A DNA stretch of 64,000 nucleotides from positions 8,773-72,772 of the forward strand of contig CAVYAH010000035.1 of assembly GCA_963766415.1 (NCBI GenBank), given 5' to 3'. The translations under genes were made by a program, and so were the position numbers. This DNA comes from an uncultured Alphaproteobacteria bacterium (GTDB lineage: Bacteria; Pseudomonadota; Alphaproteobacteria; Sphingomonadales; Sphingomonadaceae). How positions within the stretch are numbered: position 1 is the stretch's first letter; each line of letters opens with the position of its first letter. Positions 53,020 through 62,439 of this stretch are shown here, in pieces. The notes below the pieces were generated by a model. It worked only from the letters and a program-made list of their open reading frames with translations. It was not told where the DNA came from and did not search any database.

Positions 53020-55047
53020 CTACCAGACGTGGACGCGCTGTTCGGGCGGCAGGTACATCTTGTCGCCGGGCTGCACGTTGAAAGCCTTGTACCAGGCATC
53101 GACATTCCGGACGACGCCGTTGACGCGGTACTTCGCGGGACTGTGCTCGTTGGTAAGCAATTGTGCCCGCAGCGCCCCTTCGCGGTACTTTGTCTCCCAG
53201 CTGTAACCGTAGGCGATGAAGAAGCGTTGATCGCCGGTCAGGCCATCGATCACCGGTGGCTCGCCGTGCTGCGCAACATATTTGCGATAGGCAGCATAAG
53301 CGACTTCGAGGCCCCCGAGATCGCCGAGATTCTCGCCGAGCGTCAGTTGACCCTTGATGTGCACGCCCGGGATAGGCTCGTAGCGGTTGTACTGGGCGAC
53401 GAGCTTGTCGGCGTGGGCGGTGTAGAGCTTCGCGGTCGCCGGCGTCCACCAGTCGGTGAGCTTGCCATGCGCGTCGAACTTGCGGCCCTGGTCGTCGAAG
53501 CCGTGCCCGATCTCGTGCCCGATCGTCGCGCCGATGCTGCCATAGTTCGACGCTGCATCGGCTCCGGGATCGAAATAGGGTGGCTGCAGGATCGCGGCAG
53601 GGAAGGTGATCTGGTTCTGCGTCGGGTCGTAATAAGCGTTGTTGGTCTGCGGGAGCATGTCCCACAAGGTCCGATCGACCGGCTTTGGAAAGCGTGAAAG
53701 CAGCAGGTCCCAGTCGAACTTGTCGGAGCGGAGCGCATTGCCGAGCAAATCGTCGCGTTTCACCTCGAGCGAGGAATAGTCGATATATTTGACCGGGTGC
53801 CCGATACGCGGATCGAAGGTTGCGAGCTTGTCGAGCGCGCGCTTCTTCGTTTGCGCGTCCATCCAGCTGTTGCCTTCGATCTTGTCCTTGAGCGCAGCTA
53901 AGATGTTGCCGATGAGCTCGTGCATCTGCTGCTCGCTCTGGGCGGGGAAATGGCGCTGGACGTAGATCTGGCCGACGCCCTCGCCGACTGCTCCGTTGAC
54001 GAAATCAACGCCGCGCTTCCAGCGCGCGCGCTGCGCTGGAACGTCGCGCAGTGTCTTCGAGTAGAAGTTGAACTTCGCCTCGTCGAACGCCTTCGGCAGA
54101 TACTGGGCGTTGCCGCTGATGAAATGGAAGGCTGTCCAGTCCTTCCATGTCTGGAGCGGCACTGAGGCGAACAGCTTTCCTTCGGCCGCGATCGCGCTCT
54201 TCTCGGCGATGACTATCTTGTCGGCCTTGGGAAGGCCGAGCTTGGTCAGCGCACGGTCCCATTCGAGCTGCGGCGCAAAGGTTCGCAGCTCGGCGCGATA
54301 CATCGGGTTGTAAACCTTGTCGACGTCGCGGCTCTGTTCCGGCGTCCAGTGAATCTTCGCGATGTCCGTCTCGAGCGCGATGATTCGGTCGGCGCGCGCG
54401 CCAGGATCGCTGAAGCCCGCCTGAGCCAAGAGATCGACGATATAGCCGCGGTACGCCTTGCGGTAGGCGTCGTACTTATCGCCCTTCAAGAGATAATAAT
54501 CGCGGTTGGGCATGCCGAGGCCGCCCTGCGACGCATAAACCGCGTATTTCGTCGGATTCTTCAAATCCGGGATGATGAAGAGGCCGACCGGGGAATCGAA
54601 GCCCGGAGAGGCGAACAGGTCGACGAGATCGCCTCGGGTTTTCGCAGCGTCTATCTTCGCGAGCCAGGGTTTCAGCGGCCCCGTGCCGAGCTGCTCGACG
54701 CGGTCCTGGTCCATCCAGCTCGCGTAGAGATCGCCGATCTGCTGGCCGAGGCGCCCGCCCGAGCTCGAGTCCCTGGCCATGTCCTCGACAATGCCCCGGA
54801 CGTCCTTTTCGATCTGGTCATTGAGGATGGAATCGATGCCCGCGAACGTGCGGTCCGAGGCGATCTGCGTGCGCTTGTCCCAGGCGCCGTTCACATATGA
54901 GAAGAAGTCGTCGCCCGGCTTCACCGAGCTGTCCATCGCCGAGGCATCGTAGCCCCAGTCGCCGAACACGGGCTTGTCCGCCGAAAGGGCAGGGGAGGCG
55001 ATCAGAAGCGTTGCGCTCGCGACCAAGAGAATTTGCCGAAGTTTCAT
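53020..55047 (-). CDS. M13 (neprilysin/PepO) metallopeptidase, secreted
   Basis: Signal peptide, NAYY, HEIGH, GENLGD and HSP..YRV; 675 aa. Confidence 0.94.
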   Translation of the reverse strand: MKLRQILLVASATLLIASPALSADKPVFGDWGYDASAMDSSVKPGDDFFSYVNGAWDKRTQIASDRTFAGIDSILNDQIEKDVRGIVEDMARDSSSGGRLGQQIGDLYASWMDQDRVEQLGTGPLKPWLAKIDAAKTRGDLVDLFASPGFDSPVGLFIIPDLKNPTKYAVYASQGGLGMPNRDYYLLKGDKYDAYRKAYRGYIVDLLAQAGFSDPGARADRIIALETDIAKIHWTPEQSRDVDKVYNPMYRAELRTFAPQLEWDRALTKLGLPKADKIVIAEKSAIAAEGKLFASVPLQTWKDWTAFHFISGNAQYLPKAFDEAKFNFYSKTLRDVPAQRARWKRGVDFVNGAVGEGVGQIYVQRHFPAQSEQQMHELIGNILAALKDKIEGNSWMDAQTKKRALDKLATFDPRIGHPVKYIDYSSLEVKRDDLLGNALRSDKFDWDLLLSRFPKPVDRTLWDMLPQTNNAYYDPTQNQITFPAAILQPPYFDPGADAASNYGSIGATIGHEIGHGFDDQGRKFDAHGKLTDWWTPATAKLYTAHADKLVAQYNRYEPIPGVHIKGQLTLGENLGDLGGLEVAYAAYRKYVAQHGEPPVIDGLTGDQRFFIAYGYSWETKYREGALRAQLLTNEHSPAKYRVNGVVRNVDAWYKAFNVQPGDKMYLPPEQRVHVW

Positions 55048-55079
55048 TCCAACCTCCCCCGAGATCGAGTTCTTGACGA

Positions 55080-57107
55080 TTACCAGATGTGAACCCGCTG
55101 CTCCGGCGGCAGGTAGAGCTTGTCGCCCGGTTGGACGTTGAACGCCTTGTACCAAGCGTCGACGTTACGAACGACGCCGTTGACCCGATACTTGCCCGGG
55201 CTGTGCTCGTTGGTGATGACTTGCTGGCGCTCGGCATCCTCGCGCTGCTTCTCCTGCCACGCCTGGGCGTAGGCGATGAAGAAGCGCTGATCGCCGGTGA
55301 GGCCGTCGATCACAGGTGGTTCGCCGTGCTGCGCGGTGTACTTCTTGTATGCCGCATAGGCCGCCTCGACCCCCGACAGGTCGCCGATATTCTCGCCCAG
55401 CGTCAACTTGCCGTTGAGGGCGAGATCCGAGAACGGCTTGAAGCCGCTATATTGCGCGACGAGCGCGTCGGTGCGCGTCGTGAACGACTTTGCAGCCTCC
55501 GGGCTCCACCAGTCGCGCAGCTTGCCCTTAGGGTCGAACTTGCGGCCCTCGTTGTCGAAGGCATGGCCCATTTCATGGCCGATGACGGCGCCGATCGCGC
55601 CATAGTTCGCGGCCGGGTCGGCATTCGGATCGAAGAACGGCGGTTGCAGGATCGCTGCCGGGAAGGTGATCTGGTTCGCCAGCGGATTGTAATAAGCGTT
55701 GATCGTCTGCGGATACATGCCCCACAGGGTGCGATCGACCGGCTTCGGGAAGCGCTTCAGCTCAAGCTTCCAGTCGAAGTCCGAGGACGCCATGGCATTC
55801 GCGAGAGGCGCGCCCTTGATGACCTTCATCGACGAATAGTCGATGTACTTGACCGGATGGCCGATGCGCGGGTCGAACGCGGCGAGCTTCTCGAGCGCAG
55901 CCTTGCGCGTGGCCTCGTCCATCCACTGGTTGTTGGTGATCCGCTCGCGATAGGCTTGCTCGAGGTTGCCGATCAGCTCCTTCATCTGAGCCTCGGCGTC
56001 CGGCGGGAAGTGCGTCTTCACGTAAATTTCGCCGACGCCCTCACCAAGCGCGCCATTGACTGCAGCGACGCCGCGCTTCCAGCGTTCACGCTGCTCCTGA
56101 ACGCCCGAGAGTTCCTTCGAATAGAAAGCGAAGCGAGCGTCGTCGAACGCCTTGGGAAGCACATTCGCGTGGTCGGAGACAAAGCGGAATGCGAGCCATT
56201 CCTTCCACGTGGAAAGCGGCGTCGAGGCGAGGATCTTGCCCGCGCCGGCGATCGCCGACGGCTCCGTCACGACGATCGTCCTGGAGTTGCCGAGGCCGGC
56301 CTTCGTGAGCGATGCATCCCATTCGAACTGAGGCGCCAGCTTGATGAGCTGCGCGCGGGTCATGGGGTTGTAGATCTTGTCGATGTCGCGCCGATCGGCG
56401 GCGGGCCACTGGACCTTCGAAAGCTCGGTTTCGAGAGCGATGATGCGGTCGGCAGCAGCATCCCCCCCGGGCAGGCCAGCAAGCTTCTGGATCGCGATGA
56501 TGTAATCGCGATAGGCGGCGCGGTGCGCCTTCATCTTCGCATTGTCTTCAAGATAATATTCGCGGCTCGGCATTCCGAGCGTCGCCTGCCCGGCGAACAC
56601 GGCGTAGACGTCCGGGTCCTTGAAGTTCGGGGCAATGCCGACGTCAACCGGGCTCGCGAATCCCGGTTTGATGAAGAGCGAGACCAGCTGAGCGCGGGTC
56701 TTCGCCGCGCTAATCTCGGCGATATATGGCTTCAGCGGCGCTGTGCCCGCGGCCTCGATCGCGGCCGTATCCACAAAGCTCGAATAATAGTCGCCGATCT
56801 GCTGGCTGAGACGATCGCCCTTGGGGTTCGTGCCGAGCTGCTCGACGATTTCGTGGACGTCCTTCTCCGCCTTGTCCGACAGAGCGACGAACGGGCCAGC
56901 CGAGGCGCGGTCGGCAGCGATCGGGGTGTTCTTGTCCCAGGTGCCGTTGACATATTCCCAGAAATCGTCGCCGGGCTTCACCGACGTGTCCATCGCCGCT
57001 GAATCGTAGCCCCAGCCGCCGTAGACCGGCTTTGCGGGCTGTGCGGACGCGGGAACTGCGATTGCCATCAAGCTCGCGGTTGCGAGCGACAAGATTTTGA
57101 AATTCAT
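55080..57107 (-). CDS. M13 (neprilysin/PepO) metallopeptidase, secreted
   Basis: Signal peptide, NAYY, HEMGH, GENIGD and HSP..YRV; 675 aa. Confidence 0.94.
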   Translation of the reverse strand: MNFKILSLATASLMAIAVPASAQPAKPVYGGWGYDSAAMDTSVKPGDDFWEYVNGTWDKNTPIAADRASAGPFVALSDKAEKDVHEIVEQLGTNPKGDRLSQQIGDYYSSFVDTAAIEAAGTAPLKPYIAEISAAKTRAQLVSLFIKPGFASPVDVGIAPNFKDPDVYAVFAGQATLGMPSREYYLEDNAKMKAHRAAYRDYIIAIQKLAGLPGGDAAADRIIALETELSKVQWPAADRRDIDKIYNPMTRAQLIKLAPQFEWDASLTKAGLGNSRTIVVTEPSAIAGAGKILASTPLSTWKEWLAFRFVSDHANVLPKAFDDARFAFYSKELSGVQEQRERWKRGVAAVNGALGEGVGEIYVKTHFPPDAEAQMKELIGNLEQAYRERITNNQWMDEATRKAALEKLAAFDPRIGHPVKYIDYSSMKVIKGAPLANAMASSDFDWKLELKRFPKPVDRTLWGMYPQTINAYYNPLANQITFPAAILQPPFFDPNADPAANYGAIGAVIGHEMGHAFDNEGRKFDPKGKLRDWWSPEAAKSFTTRTDALVAQYSGFKPFSDLALNGKLTLGENIGDLSGVEAAYAAYKKYTAQHGEPPVIDGLTGDQRFFIAYAQAWQEKQREDAERQQVITNEHSPGKYRVNGVVRNVDAWYKAFNVQPGDKLYLPPEQRVHIW

Positions 57108-57204
57108 GGATTAATCACCCCTCCGGAGAATCGGAGGCGCAAATGCCGCAAGTGGCTGATATTTGGCAAGGATTTTCGACGAATGGACCGCTTGCGGCGA
57201 TGGA

Positions 57205-58627
57205 CTAACCGGTCGGAAGCGTCAGCCTGGCAAGCAGGCCCCCAAGATCCTCGCTCTCTTCGAGCGAGACGCGGCCCTCGTAGATTTCGGCCACGTCGCG
57301 GACGATGGCGAGCCCGAGGCCGGTGCCCGGCTTTCCGGTTGTGTCGAGCCGTGCTCCACGAGTGAACATCTCGGCGCGCAGCTCCTCAGGAATCCCGGGT
57401 CCATCATCCTCGACGAGGATATCGACCATTTCGCCGTTCTGTTCGACCGTCACGAAGACGCCGCCCTCCGCCATATTTCGCAGCGTTCTCGACGAGGTTG
57501 CCGAGCATTTCGTCGAGGTCCTGCCGCTCGACCCGCACCTGCGCTCCGTGGTCGCCCGCGATGTCGATCGTCACGCCTTCGTAGAGGCGATCGACTGCGC
57601 GCTGGACCGCTTCAAGGCTGTCCCAGACGCGGGCGCGGGCTTGGGCGGACGCCCGGCGACCGATCGCTCGAGCGCGGGCGAGGTGGTGATCTACCTGGCG
57701 CCGCATGACGGTCGCCTCGCGGCAGACCGTGTCGCGCAAGATCGGCCGAATGCGCTGTCGCCGCATTGGTGATGACGGTGAGCGGGGTCTTGAGCGCGTG
57801 CGCAAGATTGCCGGCATGACGCCGGGCCTCCTCGGCTTGCGCCTCGCTATGCGCGAGGAGCTGGTTGATCTCTTCCGTCAGCGGCCTGATCTCGGCGGGG
57901 AAATCCCTGCCGACCCGGGTCTTTTCGCCCGAGCGGATGGAGGCGACCTCGCTGCCTCACCTGCCGAAGCGGCCAGAGGCCGTAGAAGGTCTGAAGTGTT
58001 GCAAGGACGAGCAACCCAATTCCGAGTGCAAGGAAACTCCAGAAGAGGATCAAACGGTAATGGTGGATTTGCTGGTCGAGCGTCTCGCGCGATTGCGCGA
58101 CCTGGAAGCGCCACCAGACGTTCGATCCGGGGAGCTGCACGTCGCGTTCGGCGATGCGCAAGCGGCTCGTTGTGATCAGCCGTGGAAAATTCGTTGCTGT
58201 CATAAAGGTGCGGCTTGACGTCGCGGTGCGCAGTGACGTCGCGAAGACGACGGTCCCATAAAGAGCGCGACGGAAAGGTGTCGGCGCCGGCGCCGCTGAT
58301 CTGGAAATAGAGTCCCGAATAAGGCTCGACGAACCGCTGGTCAGCGGGCGGCCGGTTGAAGCGCACTTCGCCGTCGGGGCCGATTTCCGACGAGGCAACC
58401 ATCGAATTGAGGACGAAGACGAGCTGGTTGTCGAAGCTATCGATGATCGAGCGCGACAGGACCCGGTCAAGCGCAAAGCCTCCGATGAGCAGGAGCGCGG
58501 CGATCCACAGCGCCGCGACGCCGATCATGCGCCGGGTGAGCGAGCCGGTGCGGCGACGATGGGCCCTTCGGCTGGCGGCGGAGGGAAGGTCGGACGCCGC
58601 CGCGACGGTGGCGGCCTGCCTGTTCAA
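57205..58627 (-). CDS. Sensor histidine kinase (FeuQ/PhoQ-like; frameshifted)
   Basis: Two TM helices, H-box NLAHALKTPL, N-box GNLVENAAKY, and DDGPG and GTGLGL boxes. Confidence 0.9.
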
Positions 58628-59304
58628 ACCGTCCGTGCCTCCACCGGCTCCTCGAGGCTGTAGCCGAGGCCGCGGATGGTGGTGATGACGTCAGCGCCGA
58701 GCTTCTTCCTGATGCGCGTCACGAACACCTCGATGGTGTTTGAATCGCGATCGAAATCCTGGTCGTAAATATGCTCGATAAGCTCGGTCCGGCTGACGAC
58801 CTTGCCTTTGTGGTGCATGAGGTAGGAGAGGAGCTTATATTCCTGCGCGGTGAGCTTCACAGGCTCGCCGGCCTTGGTCACCTTGCCCGAGCGCGTGTCG
58901 AGCCGGATGTCGCCGGCGATGAGCTCCGATGAAGCGTTGCCGGACGAGCGGCGGATGAGGGCCCGGAGCCGGGCGATCAGCTCCTCGGTCTGGAAGGGCT
59001 TGGCGAGATAGTCGTCGGCGCCGGCGTCGAGCCCGGCGACCTTGTCCGACCAGCTGTCGCGTGCCGTGAGCACGAGGACGGGCATCTTCCTGCCCTCCTT
59101 GCGCCAGCGATCGAGCACGGTGAGGCCGTCGACCTCAGGGAGGCCGAGGTCGAGGATCACGGCGTCATAGCTCTCGGTCGACCCAAGATAGTGACCGTCC
59201 TCACCGTCAGTGGCGAGATCGACGGCATAGCCTGCGCCCTCCAGCGTGGAACGCAGCTGGCGGCCGAGATTGGGTTCGTCTTCGACGATTAGAACGCGCA
59301 TCAA
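58624..59304 (-). CDS. OmpR-family response regulator (FeuP-like)
   Basis: VEDE, LDLGLP, GADDYLAKPF and winged helix TIRGLGY. Confidence 0.94.
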   Translation of the reverse strand: MMRVLIVEDEPNLGRQLRSTLEGAGYAVDLATDGEDGHYLGSTESYDAVILDLGLPEVDGLTVLDRWRKEGRKMPVLVLTARDSWSDKVAGLDAGADDYLAKPFQTEELIARLRALIRRSSGNASSELIAGDIRLDTRSGKVTKAGEPVKLTAQEYKLLSYLMHHKGKVVSRTELIEHIYDQDFDRDSNTIEVFVTRIRKKLGADVITTIRGLGYSLEEPVEARTV

Positions 59305-59416
59305 TGCTCCCCGGAGCTGTTCATCTTCCCGCCGTCAACCCGCGTTGCGGCGAGAGGTTGCTTATCCGGAACAACTGGGGAGGAGCGGAAAAAAGTCAAT
59401 CCGCGCCTTAAAACGG

Positions 59417-59722
59417 TCACTGGGGCCGTGAGCGGCGGATGATACGCCCGGTCTGAGGATCAACGTCGACCCAGATCACGCGTCCATCCTGGATGAACTT
59501 CATGCGATAAGTACCATTGTTGAGCTCAGGCCCGAGATAGTCGGCGTTCGGCCCCATGAACGGCATCACCCGGCGTTCCAGCTGAGGAAGGGGCATCGAG
59601 CGTCCTTCGCTGCGGCCCTGGAATGCCCGCTGCGAATCGCGCGGGGGATCGGCCAGCGCGGGAGCGCTGGTAAGGCCGGTTGCAACGAGCCCGGCAAGGA
59701 GGAGGGTACGCAGAAGGTTCAT
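59417..59722 (-). CDS. Small periplasmic PepSY-like protein
   Basis: Signal peptide (PALA); YRMKFIQDGRVIWVDVDPQTGRII. Confidence 0.72.
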   Translation of the reverse strand: MNLLRTLLLAGLVATGLTSAPALADPPRDSQRAFQGRSEGRSMPLPQLERRVMPFMGPNADYLGPELNNGTYRMKFIQDGRVIWVDVDPQTGRIIRRSRPQ

Positions 59723-59765
59723 AACTCGAACTCTCTCGTCGGGTGTCACTTCTAACATCGGCCAT

Positions 59766-59780
59766 TGAATTGGCTATGAA
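59766..59780 (-). promoter_or_regulatory. Putative OmpR-type direct-repeat operator
   Basis: TTCA-N7-TTCA (11-bp period) on the minus strand, upstream of the PepSY-RR-HK operon. Confidence 0.4.
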
Positions 59781-59882
59781 CGCAAGTGACCACGGACGTT
59801 CAGGGTCACAGTCCGTTGCAAAGCAGCAACAAGACGACCCCAAGGGGTTTAGACAGCCGGTTTCCTTGGCTAGGGCCGCAAG

Positions 59883-61682
59883 ATGGCCGCACCAATCCTC
59901 TCTTACGAAAACCTGGGACTAGTTCAGGGCGAGGGCTGGCTATTCCAGGACCTCGACCTCTACGTCGGCGGGCGCGACCGGCTGGCGCTCATCGGCCGCA
60001 ACGGGGCGGGCAAGACGACCTTGCTCAAGTGCCTCACCGGCTTGATCGACCCCGACCGCGGCAAGCGAACAATCGTTCCGGGCACCCACGTCGTCCTCCT
60101 CGAGCAGGATCCGAAGATGGACGGCTTCGAGACGCTGCAGGACTGGGTGGTTCACGGCCCGGATGCTCCCGAGGTCCATGAGGCTGCAGCCATCGCCGAC
60201 CAGCTCGGCATAGACCTCTCGCGCCCGGCCTCGACAGCGAGCGGCGGCGAGCGGCGCCGGGCGGCAATTACCCGAGCGCTTGCGCAAAATCCCGACGTCC
60301 TCCTGCTCGACGAGCCCACGAACCATCTCGACCTCCACGCCATCGAGTGGCTCGAGGACTGGCTCAAGCGGTTCACTGGCGCTTTCATCGTCATCAGCCA
60401 CGATCGCACTTTCCTCACGCGCCTGACGCGCAGCTGCATCTGGCTCGATCGAGGCCAGTTGAGGCGCGCCGAGATCGGCTTCGGCGGCTTCGAGATGTGG
60501 ACCGAGCGCGTCTACGATGAGGAGGCCCGGGCAGCCGAGAAGCTCGACGCGAAGCTCAAGATCGAGCTTCATTGGTTGCAACGCGGAGTCACCGCCCGCC
60601 GCCGTCGCAACCAGGGCCGGCTGGCAAAGCTCCACGAGATGCGCGCCCAGCGCGCGGCGATGCTCGGATCAACGGGAACGGCCAAGCTTGCGCTGGTCAA
60701 GGACGATGTGCGCTCCAAGACCGTGATCGAAGCGGACCAGGTCAGTAAATCGTTCGGCGATCGCCTGATCGTGCGCGACTTCACGCTCCGTATCCAGCGC
60801 GGCGATCGGATCGGCGTCGTCGGCCCCAACGGAGCGGGAAAGACGACATTGCTCAAGCTCCTGACCGGCGAACTCCGGCCCGATACGGGCACCGTGACGC
60901 TTGCAAAAACGCTCTCCGGTATCGTCATCGATCAGCAGCGCAAGCTGATGGAGCCGCAGCGGCGAGTGAAGGACGTGCTTGCCAATGGCGGCGACTGGAT
61001 CGAGGTCCGCGGGAGCAAGAAGCACATCAATGGCTATCTCAAGGAATTTCTATTCGATCCGGGAATTGCGGACGCGCCGATCGGATCCCTGTCCGGCGGC
61101 GAGCGGTCGCGGCTGCTGCTCGCGCGGGAGTTTGCGCGCGAGGCGAACCTGCTGGTGCTCGACGAGCCCACCAACGACCTCGATCTCGAGACCCTCGACT
61201 TGCTGCAGGAAGTGATCGCCGATTACGAGGGAACGGTCCTCATTGTCAGCCACGACCGGGACTTCTTGGACCGAACGGTGACCATCACGCTCGGACTTGA
61301 TGGTTCCGGCAAAGTCGACATCGTCGCTGGTGGGTACGAGGATTGGGTCCGGAAGCGGTATCAGGAGCATCGCTCGCCCGCGAAGGGGCAGGCCCGGAAG
61401 GCAGCGCCATCCGGCGCTTCTGGACCCCGTCCTTCGGCAGCTGGCGCCAAGCTCTCCTACAAGGACCAGCGCGACTATGACCGTCTTCCCGGCGAGATCG
61501 AGCGGCTGGAGGCAAAGGTCGTGGCCGACGAGGAATCCTTGTCCGACCCCGACCTTTATTCGCGTGACCCGAAACGCTTTGCCGAGCTCACCGAGCGCAT
61601 TGCGCGGCATCGGGCCGACATCGAGGCGGCGGAGGTCCGCTGGCTGGAAGTGGCTGAGATGGCTGAGGCTTTGAAGGCCTGA
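59883..61682 (+). CDS. ABC-F family ATPase (Uup-like)
   Basis: Two NBDs (GRNGAGKT, GPNGAGKT; LDEPTN twice), no TM helices, C-terminal KLSYKDQR coiled coil. Confidence 0.93.
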   Translation: MAAPILSYENLGLVQGEGWLFQDLDLYVGGRDRLALIGRNGAGKTTLLKCLTGLIDPDRGKRTIVPGTHVVLLEQDPKMDGFETLQDWVVHGPDAPEVHEAAAIADQLGIDLSRPASTASGGERRRAAITRALAQNPDVLLLDEPTNHLDLHAIEWLEDWLKRFTGAFIVISHDRTFLTRLTRSCIWLDRGQLRRAEIGFGGFEMWTERVYDEEARAAEKLDAKLKIELHWLQRGVTARRRRNQGRLAKLHEMRAQRAAMLGSTGTAKLALVKDDVRSKTVIEADQVSKSFGDRLIVRDFTLRIQRGDRIGVVGPNGAGKTTLLKLLTGELRPDTGTVTLAKTLSGIVIDQQRKLMEPQRRVKDVLANGGDWIEVRGSKKHINGYLKEFLFDPGIADAPIGSLSGGERSRLLLAREFAREANLLVLDEPTNDLDLETLDLLQEVIADYEGTVLIVSHDRDFLDRTVTITLGLDGSGKVDIVAGGYEDWVRKRYQEHRSPAKGQARKAAPSGASGPRPSAAGAKLSYKDQRDYDRLPGEIERLEAKVVADEESLSDPDLYSRDPKRFAELTERIARHRADIEAAEVRWLEVAEMAEALKA

Positions 61683-61722
61683 CCAGCAGCGCTACAGCGA
61701 CACCTACACTTACCTGAAGACG

Positions 61723-62439
61723 GTGCCGGAAAGGGTAATCGCCCGCGATAAGGTCGAAGCGTTCGTCCAGGCGCTCCGTAGCTGGGGCGCTATCAATCTC
61801 GGGTTCGGCCATGTCACCTGGCCATTCCTCAGCATGTACGTCCCCGGCTGCTCGCAGGGCGTGCACAACGATTCGGTCAATGGACGCCTTGGCTACGTCT
61901 TCTCGCTGACCCGCAACTCACGAAAGACGTTCGGCGGTGAGACGATCGTGTTCCAGGACCGCGACCTGTTCCGGTCCAATCTCGATCGGCCTGCGGCGGG
62001 CAGCGCGATCTTTGACCTTGTGGAGCCGCGCTTCAATCGCCTGACCCTGTTCGACGACCGCGTGCCGCACGCCGTCCAGCGCGTGGACGGCTCGATGGAT
62101 CCGCTGGAAGGCCGCTTCGTCCTACACGGGCACATCAGCGAATTGGGAATCGCGGCGCAGGGTGCGCTCCACCCCGACGCCGTCCGCGAGCCGATGATCG
62201 CCGCGCTCCAGGAATTGCGGAGCGGCCCTGCGAAGGGCGCGCACGGGCCGCTCGTCTATTGCATTCAAATCGGCGAGGACGGCGCAGTGCAGCGGATAAG
62301 GCCACTTCTCGACCGGCTGGTCAGCCCGACAAACGAGGATCTCGAGTTTGTCCGCATCGCAGTCAGGAACAGGATCAGCGGGCTTCGTTTTCCGTCCGCG
62401 TCGGGCCCGACGCGCGCGAATATCCCGCTGATTTTCTGA
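61723..62439 (+). CDS. 2OG-Fe(II) oxygenase-like protein, possibly 5'-truncated
   Basis: HND facial-triad motif, GGET, PRFNRL..FD..VPHAV and GRFVLHG. Confidence 0.65.
   Translation: MPERVIARDKVEAFVQALRSWGAINLGFGHVTWPFLSMYVPGCSQGVHNDSVNGRLGYVFSLTRNSRKTFGGETIVFQDRDLFRSNLDRPAAGSAIFDLVEPRFNRLTLFDDRVPHAVQRVDGSMDPLEGRFVLHGHISELGIAAQGALHPDAVREPMIAALQELRSGPAKGAHGPLVYCIQIGEDGAVQRIRPLLDRLVSPTNEDLEFVRIAVRNRISGLRFPSASGPTRANIPLIF

Noticed and set aside
55089-57002. Long antisense ORFs (also 33585-35156, 49315-50619, 31924-33198, 40714-42186)
   Set aside because: These are shadow frames of high-GC coding genes with no recognisable motifs.
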